Origin: Christensenellaceae bacterium Phil1 | GTDB taxonomy: Bacteria; Bacillota; Clostridia; Christensenellales; CAG-138 | Length of the DNA stretch: 64,000 nucleotides | Direction: 5' to 3' | Assembly (NCBI GenBank): GCA_001940855.1 | Contig: MSGS01000026.1 | Span: forward strand, 33,754 to 97,753 | In this document: positions 46,732 through 55,188 of the stretch, in pieces | Layout: each line of letters begins with the position of its first letter | Numbering within the stretch: position 1 is the stretch's first letter | Translations under genes and position numbers: made by a program | The notes under the pieces: model-generated | What the model saw: the letters and a program-made list of their open reading frames with translations, nothing else | The model's database searches: none | What the model was told of the DNA's origin: nothing

Positions 46732-48162
46732 ATGGCAAGGGCAATATACAGAATAAACGAGTTCATAGGCATTGACCAATCCCGCGACGAAAACGCGCTT
46801 AAAAGCGCAATGAGTCCGGACGCCTGCAACATGGACACGGCGGGCGGAAATTTGAGCGTGTGCCGCGGCTGCGTAAGGCATATTGAAGCGCCCATACCCG
46901 GCACGGGGGATATTCACGCCATACGCATATTTTCAACGCCGGACGGGGAAATGTTCATAGCCGCGGCGGGGGAGAGCATATATGCATACAAAAACGGCGC
47001 GTGGCAGGAAATATATTCCTTCACCGCCCCGCTTGAAAAGCACCGCTTCGATTTTGCTCAGGCGCAGATAAATTCAAAGGACCATTTGATAATAGCCACC
47101 GGCGAGCGGCAGCTTATAAAGTTCGATGGGGACGAGGCTAAGCCCTTCGGCAGCGCGGAAGGGGTATCCGACAAAAAGGCCGGATATTTGGCAATGTATA
47201 GAAGCCGCCTTTTTGCCGCGGGAGATCCGGAAAACCCGAACAGGCTTTATTGGTCCCAGCTTCCCGGCGGGGGCAGGAGCATAGAAAACTGGGGCAGCGT
47301 TGAGGCAAGCCCGAATGTTGAAGGCGGGCATACGGAGGTGGGCAGCATGAAGAGCGACCCGATAGTCGGCCTTTCCGCGCTGAGCAACCAGCTTATCATA
47401 TTCAAGCGGGACAGCATATATCGTCTGTTGGGCGATAAGCCCGGCAATTTCATTGTTGAGGAGGTTGAGGGGCGGACGGAAACGGCGGTGTACAGCGCGA
47501 TAGTAAAGCGGGCGGGGAGCCTGTTCTTTCTTACGCAGGGCGGGCTATGCATTTTCAACGGCGTGAATGCCCAGCTTATGGGCGACGCGCGGCGCATACA
47601 AAACGCTCTCATGTCCGCATCCACCGCCGCAAGCCGCGGGGCCATATGCCGCGATAAGCTGTATTTTACGATAGGCGAAGGCGGCGGACATGCCAATGCC
47701 GTAATAGAATACGACATTATGCGCGCCGCGTATATGATAAGGCGTGGCTTTAAGGCATACGATATCTGCTCAAGCGGCGGCACGCTTTATATTGCCAACG
47801 AAAACCGCCGCATATGCCGTCTGGACGAGGGTGAAACATACGACGGCGCGGAGATAAACGCATACTGGAACACACCAGTGTGCGATCTTTACGACAAGGG
47901 CAGCATAAAGAGCATGAAGCGGCTGTATCTTCGCGGCAGGAGCGACGCGCGCGACAGCGCCGCGCTTATAGACATGCACATAGGCCAAAACGCCGCCGCG
48001 TACAGGACGCTTTTGCCAAAGGATGAAAGAACGGTGCTTGAGGTGCCGCTGAAAAACGAAGGCAGGACCTTTTCTATGCGGATATATAACGAAGCCGGCG
48101 GGCGGTTCGCGCTTAAAAGCGGAATGGAGCTGGAATTTGAAACGCGAAGGAGGACGGAATAA
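46732..48162 (+). CDS. Putative tail hub/nozzle protein (P22 gp10-position; beta-propeller-like repeat pattern)
   Basis: 476 aa. Strand-turn motifs recur (IYAYKNGAWQEIY, LIIATGERQLIKFDG, RLFAAGDPENPNRLYWSQ, LIIFKRDSIYRLLGD, LFFLTQGGLCIFNG, TLYIANENRRICRLDEG). The size is close to P22 gp10 (472 aa). Confidence 0.4.
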   Translation: MARAIYRINEFIGIDQSRDENALKSAMSPDACNMDTAGGNLSVCRGCVRHIEAPIPGTGDIHAIRIFSTPDGEMFIAAAGESIYAYKNGAWQEIYSFTAPLEKHRFDFAQAQINSKDHLIIATGERQLIKFDGDEAKPFGSAEGVSDKKAGYLAMYRSRLFAAGDPENPNRLYWSQLPGGGRSIENWGSVEASPNVEGGHTEVGSMKSDPIVGLSALSNQLIIFKRDSIYRLLGDKPGNFIVEEVEGRTETAVYSAIVKRAGSLFFLTQGGLCIFNGVNAQLMGDARRIQNALMSASTAASRGAICRDKLYFTIGEGGGHANAVIEYDIMRAAYMIRRGFKAYDICSSGGTLYIANENRRICRLDEGETYDGAEINAYWNTPVCDLYDKGSIKSMKRLYLRGRSDARDSAALIDMHIGQNAAAYRTLLPKDERTVLEVPLKNEGRTFSMRIYNEAGGRFALKSGMELEFETRRRTE

Positions 48163-48339
48163 ATGGCGATGGACATGCGGGCGCTGTACACCATTGCATT
48201 AAGCGCCGTAAAGGAAAGCCCCACGGCCGAGGACGACATGAAGGCCAACGAAAACTGCTTAAACCAGAACTTTATAATACTTACGCAGAAGATAGAGGAG
48301 CTTGAGGCGCGGCTGAGGGCGCTTGAAAGCGGAAACTGA
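48163..48339 (+). CDS. Small coiled-coil phage protein (58 aa; below the ORF-track length cut-off)
   Basis: The ATG at 48163 directly abuts the upstream stop at 48160..48162. SD GGAGG lies 9 nt upstream. Sequence: MAMDMRALYTIALSAVKESPTAEDDMKANENCLNQNFIILTQKIEELEARLRALESGN*. Confidence 0.45.
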   Translation: MAMDMRALYTIALSAVKESPTAEDDMKANENCLNQNFIILTQKIEELEARLRALESGN

Positions 48340-48358
48340 CAAAGGAGGAAAAATAAAC

Positions 48359-49261
48359 ATGGCAAGCTATTACCTGAAAGGATACACCACGCCGGACGGC
48401 GTGAACAGCCGCGCGGACGTGCGCGAATGGCAGAACAAGCTGGGCGTAAAGGCGGACGGCATATGGGGCCCGAACACGCAGGCCGCATACGAACGATATG
48501 CAAACGCAAGCTCAATGAGCAAATTTCAGGAGTATTACAACACTATTATGGGCGCGCTGAACGTGCCGAGCATATCGGTAAGCGTGCCGAGCAAGGCGGA
48601 GCTGAAGGAGGACATTTCAAGCTACCTAAGGCCGGGCGTTGATCTTGCAATATCCAAGCGCCGCGCCGCGGGCGAGACCGCAAAGGCAGAGCTTGATGCG
48701 GACGCGGTGAGCAGGGGCATGGGAGCATCGACCTATGTATCGAGTATGAAGGAGCGCGAGGACGACGACGTGCAGAGCGACATTTCAATTATGGAGGCGC
48801 AGTACACCGCGACTCTTGCCGAGCGCATTGCCGCCGCGCTTGAAAAATATCAATCCATGAGCCTTCAGGCGCAGCTGCAGAACGCGCAGTACGCATATAA
48901 CGCGCAGACCACGGCGATGAATTTGGCCTCCCAATGGTTCAATTCATATATGAACAACGCGGCGCGCGCCGTTAAGGGCAGCGGCGGTAGAAGCGGCAAA
49001 AGCGGCACGGCAAGTAAAAATATGTCCACGCTGGACTATGTGCGCTTCGTAAGCGGGCTTAGCGCGCCGGAAAGATCCATGCTGTATAACTCCGGTGCGA
49101 GCGAATGGGTAATGATGCGCACGGAGCTTGAGGATGCGCTCGGCAAGGACGGCTACCGCACCGTGCGAAGCGCGTTCCCGATACTGGGGAGCGCGGGCGT
49201 GAAGAGCATATCCAACAAAAATTACGATAAGGCGAGGGATACATGGCGATGGGCAAGGTGA
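48359..49261 (+). CDS. Phage structural protein with an N-terminal peptidoglycan-binding (PG_binding_1-like) motif
   Basis: 300 aa. VREWQNKLGVKADGIWGPNTQAAYERY resembles the motif in the sleB product of this same window. The rest is helical and Q/A-rich. SD AAAGGAGG. Confidence 0.5.
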   Translation: MASYYLKGYTTPDGVNSRADVREWQNKLGVKADGIWGPNTQAAYERYANASSMSKFQEYYNTIMGALNVPSISVSVPSKAELKEDISSYLRPGVDLAISKRRAAGETAKAELDADAVSRGMGASTYVSSMKEREDDDVQSDISIMEAQYTATLAERIAAALEKYQSMSLQAQLQNAQYAYNAQTTAMNLASQWFNSYMNNAARAVKGSGGRSGKSGTASKNMSTLDYVRFVSGLSAPERSMLYNSGASEWVMMRTELEDALGKDGYRTVRSAFPILGSAGVKSISNKNYDKARDTWRWAR

Positions 49262-49974
49262 CGAAAAGCTTTAAGGTAACGCTGGACATTGCAAGGAGCA
49301 TTTCAAACAGGGAGTTCAGCGTGGTTGAAGGGGACACGGGCAACACGCTGAGCATAACGCTCAACGACGACGGCAAGGCCGTTGACCTGACCGGATGCAG
49401 GGTGCTTGCGCTGTTTTCAAAATCGAACGGCGAAACCGTGTGCCAGGACAGCGCGGAGCAAAACGGCGGCGTGACAATAGGCGGGCAGAGCATGAACGAA
49501 ATAAGCATAGAGCTTTTTGCCTCCTCCGTTGCGCCGGGAATGGTGGAAAGCGAAATACAGGTGTATTCCGGAAGCGACTTAACAACGCTTGTAACATCGG
49601 CGCAGTTCAATTTCAAATGCAGGCGCGGCATATTGAACGGCGATACGCTTGCCGCCACAAGGGAATATCCGCTGCTTACGGCGCTGATAAAGGAAACGCA
49701 GGCCATGCAGGCAAGGCTTGAAGCAATGCTGAGCCAAAACGAGGCCATAGCCGCGGCGGAAAAAGAGAGGGCAAGCGCGGAGGCGATACGCAAGCAGGCG
49801 GAAAAGCAGCGCGTGAGCAGCGAAACGCTCAGGAACAACGCCGAAGCCGGCCGAAGCACGGCGAAAAGCGGCAGAAGGAGCGCGGAGACGGCGCGCGTGA
49901 ACGAATTCAATGCAATAAAGGCCCAAGCGGAGGCGCTTATTGCCGAGCTTGAGGCGGCGAAGGGAGGGGCATGA
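49243..49974 (+). CDS. BppU_N-domain protein with a C-terminal coiled coil (tail fibre/needle-like)
   Basis: FSVVEGDTGNTLSITLNDDGKAVDLTGCRVLALFSKSNGETV...ESEIQVY is typical of the BppU N-domain. The C-terminal roughly 90 aa form an Ala/Glu/Arg-rich coiled coil. Confidence 0.65.
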   Translation: MAMGKVTKSFKVTLDIARSISNREFSVVEGDTGNTLSITLNDDGKAVDLTGCRVLALFSKSNGETVCQDSAEQNGGVTIGGQSMNEISIELFASSVAPGMVESEIQVYSGSDLTTLVTSAQFNFKCRRGILNGDTLAATREYPLLTALIKETQAMQARLEAMLSQNEAIAAAEKERASAEAIRKQAEKQRVSSETLRNNAEAGRSTAKSGRRSAETARVNEFNAIKAQAEALIAELEAAKGGA

Positions 49975-50732
49975 GCATGACGCGAAGGGAAGAATTCACC
50001 GCATGGATATGCGCGCAGACTGGCAGCGCATACGTTTGGGGAGCGCAGGGGCATAAGGTGCGGCGCGACGGAACGGTATATATGAACCAAAGAAAGGTGA
50101 GCGATAATTTCGAAAGCTGGGTAAGGCAAAGGGAGAACGGCGAAGAAAACGCGCGGCGCGCCATAAGCGGCATAAGGCAAAGGCTCACGGAGGGCGCAAG
50201 CGAGGTGACGTGCTATGATTGCAGCGGGCTTATAATGGCCTACATACGGGACATAAAGGGCTACACTACGCGGGATCTGAGCGCACGGGGACTTTTTGCC
50301 ATTGCCAAGGAAAAGGCGAAGGAAGGGCTTATACCGGGCGATCTTGTGTTCCGCCACAACGGGGAAAAGATAACCCACGTGGGCGTATATATCGGCAGCG
50401 GATACGCCGTGGACGCGCGGGGCAGGGACAGCGGAGTTATAAAGCAAAGGCTGGACGCGGCCGGGTGGAACCGGTTCGCATCGCTTGAAATGCTGAACGA
50501 ACAGGGCATAAGCACTGCCGACGCGGACATGCCGGCCTACGGCCGCTGCACGGGCAAAAGCGTATATGTGCGCAGCGGCGCGGGCGGAACATACCCGATT
50601 CTTGCAACCGCGCACAGGGGGGATAGGCTCATAGCATTGCCGGAGCAAAACGGCTGGCACAGGATTGCCATATGCTGCAAGGGAAAGCTGCTCACGGGAT
50701 ACATGAGCGCAAAATATATAGAATATGCATAA
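49971..50732 (+). CDS. Endolysin: NlpC/P60 peptidase plus SH3 domain
   Basis: Catalytic Cys context YDCSGLIMAY and His context ITHVGVYIGSGYAVDA. C-terminal SH3-like KSVYVRSGAGGTYPILATAHRGDRLIALPEQNGWHRI. The ATG at 49977 is an alternative start. Confidence 0.85.
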   Translation: MSMTRREEFTAWICAQTGSAYVWGAQGHKVRRDGTVYMNQRKVSDNFESWVRQRENGEENARRAISGIRQRLTEGASEVTCYDCSGLIMAYIRDIKGYTTRDLSARGLFAIAKEKAKEGLIPGDLVFRHNGEKITHVGVYIGSGYAVDARGRDSGVIKQRLDAAGWNRFASLEMLNEQGISTADADMPAYGRCTGKSVYVRSGAGGTYPILATAHRGDRLIALPEQNGWHRIAICCKGKLLTGYMSAKYIEYA

Positions 50733-50746
50733 AGGAGAAAGAAAAA

Positions 50747-51169
50747 ATGAGGAACGAAATGGGCGATAAAATAGCAATGTGGATAAAAAGCGCGGCTGCG
50801 GCAATAGGCGGCGCGGCGGCGTACCTTTGGGGGCCGTGGGATGCGCTGATAACGGCGCTGATAGCGCTTGTAGCGATAGACTACGTTACGGGCGTTATAT
50901 GCGCGGCGGTGAACGGGAAGCTTAACAGCAGCGTTGGCTTCAAGGGGCTTATGAAAAAGGCGCTTATATTCGCGCTGGTAGCCGTTGCCGGCATTGCGGA
51001 CAGGGTGATACCCGCGGCGAATCAGGCCATACGCGCGGCGGTGATATTGTTTTACACGGCGAACGAGGCCATAAGCATAATGGAAAACGCGGCGGAGCTG
51101 GGCCTGCCCGTGCCAAAGCGGCTCAAGGGAATGCTGACCAAGGCGCAGAACGAGAGCGAGGCCGAATAA
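50747..51169 (+). CDS. Phage holin (holin_4_1 / TcdE-like family)
   Basis: 140 aa with three TM segments. IALVAIDYVTGVICAAVNGKLNSSVGFKGLMKKALIF...ANEAISIMENAAELGLPVP is the family hallmark. Confidence 0.85.
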   Translation: MRNEMGDKIAMWIKSAAAAIGGAAAYLWGPWDALITALIALVAIDYVTGVICAAVNGKLNSSVGFKGLMKKALIFALVAVAGIADRVIPAANQAIRAAVILFYTANEAISIMENAAELGLPVPKRLKGMLTKAQNESEAE

Positions 51170-51237
51170 AACGGCCTTGCCCGCCGGGCGAATGCGGATT
51201 ATAATTAAGCATATCTATCCCGAAAAAGGAGAAGGAC

Positions 51238-52161
51238 ATGCTGCCGCAGGACATAAAAAAGCAATACGACACAAGCCGCGCCCGCGCCGAGGCAGAGGCC
51301 GCGCAGCGCAAGCACGCCGCATATACCGCCATGCCGAGACTGAGGCAGATTGACGAGGAGATAAGGCAGGTATCCTTCAACAGGGGGCTGGAGCTGATAA
51401 AGGCCGAAAACCGCGACCAAGTAAGAAGGGATACGGCGGAAAAGCTTGCCGCGCTTTACGCGGAGCGGGCGCGGATGCTGAGCGAGCGGGGCATGAGCAC
51501 GGACGATCTTTTGCCGCGCTACGCCTGCGAAAAATGCTCCGACACGGGCTACCTTGAAAACGGGGAGCTTTGCCCGTGCGCACGGCTGAAGCTGGCAGGG
51601 CGGAAATATTCATCCTCCGGCATAAGCGAAAACGCGGGCTTTGACCGCTTTAACGAAAACATATTCAAAGACCCCGAGCAATTAAAGCGCACACGCCGCG
51701 CGGCGGAGATCTGCGCCCAATACGCCGAAAACCTTGAAATAGGCGGGGCTAAAGGGCTGCTGCTCATGGGCGAAACGGGCCTCGGCAAAACCTTCCTTAT
51801 GGACAGCATAGGGCGCGAGGCGATACGGCGCGGCTACAGCGTGAAAAAATACACGGCATATAATTTGATAGACGCGGCGCTGCGCGCAGTCCGCCGGCAC
51901 GAGGCCGGGCCGGAGCTGACGGGGGCGGAGCTTTTATTGCTGGACGATCTCGGCACGGAGCCGATGATACCGGGCGTTACGATAGAAACGCTTTTTGCCG
52001 CCATAAACGAGCGGCAGTTTTCCGGCAAGGCCACGGTAATAGCCACAAACCTTACAAAGAACGAGCTTTTCACCCAATACGGCGAGCGCATATTCTCCCG
52101 CCTGTTCGCCTCCCGCGAGTACGCGGCGATAACGCTAAGGGGGAAGGATTTGAGGATGTAG
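51238..52161 (+). CDS. DnaC/DnaI-like AAA+ helicase-loader family protein
   Basis: Zn-ribbon-like CEKCSDTGYLENGELCPC, Walker A GETGLGKTF, Walker B LLLLDDLG. It has its own promoter-like TTGCCC-N17-TATAAT (about 51186..51208) and SD AAAGGAG. Confidence 0.8.
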   Translation: MLPQDIKKQYDTSRARAEAEAAQRKHAAYTAMPRLRQIDEEIRQVSFNRGLELIKAENRDQVRRDTAEKLAALYAERARMLSERGMSTDDLLPRYACEKCSDTGYLENGELCPCARLKLAGRKYSSSGISENAGFDRFNENIFKDPEQLKRTRRAAEICAQYAENLEIGGAKGLLLMGETGLGKTFLMDSIGREAIRRGYSVKKYTAYNLIDAALRAVRRHEAGPELTGAELLLLDDLGTEPMIPGVTIETLFAAINERQFSGKATVIATNLTKNELFTQYGERIFSRLFASREYAAITLRGKDLRM

Positions 52162-52463
52162 AAACTCCCTCAGCTATGCCGAGGCTTTTGAGCAGATGGC
52201 ACAATCCGCAGGTGTAAAACGTTGCGGTGTAGCTGTTTATGTCGGGGCCTGGCGTGTAGTCAAATACCCAGGAATACGGATTGGGCGTGCGCGTGCGGCT
52301 CCTTTCAGCGCTCTGCTTTAGCTTGACCTGTGCATTAAAGGCCAATATATACCGCCGCAAGCATTGCGCCGCTGAGTATATTCACAAGGAATCTGTCGTC
52401 GCGGTCAAATTCGTTCACATTTGCCAGTATGCTTTGGTAGCGCGCTTTGCCGCACCTCCGCAT
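52162..52463 (-). pseudogene. Possible decayed gene remnant (two frames, truncated at the dnaC-like 3' end)
   Basis: A minus-strand 42-codon ORF at 52335..52463 (MRRCGKARYQSILANVNEFDRDDRFLVNILSGAMLAAVYIGL*) has no SD. A second frame downstream reads ...PYSWVFDYTPGPDINSYTATFYTCGLCHLLKSLGIAEGV and runs into the antisense of dnaC. The T-x-CG-x-C-x6-G-x-x-E pattern reminds me of ATC-hydrolase-like proteins, but that link is unverified. Confidence 0.3.
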
Positions 52464-52528
52464 CAAGTTAGCGTTATTTAACCGATGTCGTTATATAGCA
52501 GCTGCCGCGCAAATGCAAGCATATAAAT

Positions 52529-54586
52529 TTACAGAAGCTCCCTGTAATACAGCCCGCCGGTCCTGCGGAAATCGGGCGCCTGCCCGTTTACGAACATGTC
52601 GCATATGCGCATGGCTTCCTCCCGCGGCTCGGTGGTGAAGCGCAGCGTTATGAAATCCACGCCGCCGTAGGACTTATCCCCAACGTAAAGCGGCACGCTG
52701 TTGAGAAGCTCAGCATACTTTTTATTGCGGCAAAGCATTGTGAAACGCTCCTTCTTTTCGTCTATAAGCACGTTTTTGCCAGTGCAGCCGCCGCAGCCGT
52801 TTTCGCCTTTGGCGGGGCAGGCGCGCATTTTCATCAGCGCAAGATAGCCGTAGCCTATTATGCCGCGGCGCATATTGCCGCCAAGCCTGCGTATAAGGTT
52901 CATTTTCAGCTCAAACGAAACCGTGGCGTCCGCAAGGCCCAGCGATTCAAAAAGCGCAAGCGAGCGGCTGTTGAGTATGTTCAGCGAGCTGTCCCCATGC
53001 ACGTTAAAGCCCATCTCAAGCCCAAGCTGCACCGTGCCCAAATTATCCGCCGTAACGTGGCGAAGGCCGGCATTTTGCAGCCGAATAAGCTTTTCCCTAA
53101 GCCTTGGCATGTCCTCCGGGAAGCAGAGCGCGGGCAGCTCGGCAAAAAGCCTTTCGCCGAAGCGGTCTATCAGTTCCTCGTGCGCAATTATTTCATCCAC
53201 GCTGAGTATTATCGCCTCCGCATCGGGGTGATCGAACAGCTGCGCAAAGCTATCGAATCTCAGCCGCAGTGCTATTCTTTCCGCTGCGGTATGCGGGCAG
53301 GGCACGGGCAGGACCGCTTCCGTGTTTTTATATGGTTCCCTTGCGGTGCGCTGGGCGGCTATGTCTGCTATCGCTTCGCGGCGCATGGCCTTAAGCGCGG
53401 ACACGGGCAGTATTGCGTCAGCATCCATGTCAAATTCGGCATGGTCAATATAATACGGCGTGCCGCCGGTTTGGCCTATCGCCTTCAGCGCGGATGCTTC
53501 GGTAACGGGCTGCGTTTTGGCCCGCTCCGCCGCGGGGCCGTGTGCAGTTACGCTGAATGTGCCGTCCGTCATGAACAGCTCCGCTTCCTGCCCTATGTGT
53601 ACGCTTAATCTTGCGTAAAGCGGAACGGTCTGCGGTTCGGAAGCATAAAGCGCGGCAAGCTTGGGCAGCACGGCGGAGGCGGACATAACGTCCTCCTTGC
53701 TGCGTGCGCCGAACATATCCGCCGTGCGGCGGCCTGTGTAATATCCATCGGTAAAGCCGCTTCGCGAAAACACGGCCTTCAGCGTTTCTATATCCGGCTT
53801 TTCGCCGTTTTCTGCCTGACGGCAGGCGGTAACGGCGGCGGCTACGTATTCCGGCCGCTTCATGCGCCCCTCTATTTTCAGCGCGTGTATGCCGCTTCGC
53901 ATCAGCTCCTCCATATGGCCTATAAGGCACATATCCTTCAGCGAAAGCGCGCGTTCCTTTTTCCCCAGCCTGAAATTAAGCCTGCACGGCTGCGCGCAAA
54001 GGCCGCGGTTGCCGCTGCGCCCGCCGAGCATTGCGCTCAAATAGCACGCCCCGCTCATGCACATGCAGTGCGCCCCATGCACAAAGCATTCAATCTGTAT
54101 GGGCGACGCAGCCTGAATTGCACGTATCTCTTTTGCTGAAAGCTCCCGCGCAAGCACCACCTGCTTAAACCCGAGCTTATCGAGCAGCACCGCGCCTTCG
54201 GCATTATGCACGGTTGTCTGCGTGGAAGCATAAAGCGGCAGCTCGGGGTACCGCGCGCGGATAAGGGACATAACGCCCATGTCCTGCACTATCACCGCGT
54301 CCGCGTGCGCTTTGGCAATATCGTCAAGTTCAGCAGTCAATGCGGCGAACTCATCGTCCGTAACGAGCGTATTCAGCGTTACAAACACCTTCACCCCGCG
54401 CTCGTGGCACTGCGCAACGGCCTCGTCAAGGCTTGTTTCGGCAAAGTTTTCCGCATTGCGCCGCGCGTTGAAGCCCTTCGCCCCAAGGTACACCGCGTCC
54501 GCGCCCGTGCGCAGGGCTGCCTTTAGCTGCTCCGCCCCGCCAACCGGCGCCAGTATAAGCGGCCTTTCATATGCGTTCGTGTCCAT
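52529..54586 (-). CDS. U32-family peptidase
   Basis: 685 aa. U32 signature context ECFVHGAHCMCMSGACYLS, with a duplicated C-terminal domain. Confidence 0.9.
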   Translation of the reverse strand: MDTNAYERPLILAPVGGAEQLKAALRTGADAVYLGAKGFNARRNAENFAETSLDEAVAQCHERGVKVFVTLNTLVTDDEFAALTAELDDIAKAHADAVIVQDMGVMSLIRARYPELPLYASTQTTVHNAEGAVLLDKLGFKQVVLARELSAKEIRAIQAASPIQIECFVHGAHCMCMSGACYLSAMLGGRSGNRGLCAQPCRLNFRLGKKERALSLKDMCLIGHMEELMRSGIHALKIEGRMKRPEYVAAAVTACRQAENGEKPDIETLKAVFSRSGFTDGYYTGRRTADMFGARSKEDVMSASAVLPKLAALYASEPQTVPLYARLSVHIGQEAELFMTDGTFSVTAHGPAAERAKTQPVTEASALKAIGQTGGTPYYIDHAEFDMDADAILPVSALKAMRREAIADIAAQRTAREPYKNTEAVLPVPCPHTAAERIALRLRFDSFAQLFDHPDAEAIILSVDEIIAHEELIDRFGERLFAELPALCFPEDMPRLREKLIRLQNAGLRHVTADNLGTVQLGLEMGFNVHGDSSLNILNSRSLALFESLGLADATVSFELKMNLIRRLGGNMRRGIIGYGYLALMKMRACPAKGENGCGGCTGKNVLIDEKKERFTMLCRNKKYAELLNSVPLYVGDKSYGGVDFITLRFTTEPREEAMRICDMFVNGQAPDFRRTGGLYYRELL

Positions 54587-54600
54587 GCGCTGTGCCTCCC

Positions 54601-55188
54601 TTAATTCTCTGCTATATCGGTTCCCGCCGCATCATATATGCAGCAGTTCATTTTATCTTCAAAATACCGTTTCAACTCAATATTCTTATCCCATTTGCGT
54701 TGGGGATAAAAGCCGTACCGCCGCTTAACGTCGTTCATGCGCTCCTCTATCGCAACAATACCGTCCGCCGTGGCAATAGCGTCGCAAAGCTGTATCAGCC
54801 TATCGTAATCGTCGCATTCCGCTGCCGCCAGCAGCGCGGAAAGTTTCTGCTGTTTCTCGGCGGAAATATCATAATTGCCTATGTAATCATCAAGGCTGCC
54901 GTTGTTGAAGGAATGCGTCAGCGCAATGCGCGCCGCATCGGCATAGCCAAGCTTAATAAGATAACGATACCCGTCATAAACGTGCGCAATATGCCCCGTG
55001 CCGAAGCGCCGCCCTATATCGTGCAGCAGGCCGAGCGTATATGCCTTTTCAGCATCAAGCCCGCACCGCGCCGCTATGCGCCCCGCCGCCGCGGCGACGT
55101 ATTCGCTGTGCCGCACCCACGGGCCGGGATTGAGCCGCGCCGCTTCGGCCAGCATTTGTTTGGCTTCCGAAACGCTTAATTTACACAT
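54601..55188 (-). CDS. HD-domain phosphohydrolase
   Basis: 195 aa with the LGLLHDIGRRFG motif. Confidence 0.8.
   Translation of the reverse strand: MCKLSVSEAKQMLAEAARLNPGPWVRHSEYVAAAAGRIAARCGLDAEKAYTLGLLHDIGRRFGTGHIAHVYDGYRYLIKLGYADAARIALTHSFNNGSLDDYIGNYDISAEKQQKLSALLAAAECDDYDRLIQLCDAIATADGIVAIEERMNDVKRRYGFYPQRKWDKNIELKRYFEDKMNCCIYDAAGTDIAEN

Larger units (their letters stand above)
44054..51169 (+). mobile_element. Phage-derived late-gene block (podovirus/P22-like order) lacking portal, terminase, integrase and regulators
   Basis: Ten co-directional, tightly spaced ORFs from a scaffold-like protein to a holin. Host genes (queT, dnaC-like) flank both sides. See the individual CDS entries. 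Confidence 0.7.

Noticed and set aside
51238-52161. The dnaC-like gene might have been the replication module of the phage block.
   Set aside because: It has its own promoter-like element. Its N-terminal Zn-ribbon plus coiled-coil architecture resembles the chromosomal DnaC/DnaI-like loaders I recall as common in Clostridia. Membership in the element cannot be shown from this window, so it is left as a host-like gene with the question open.
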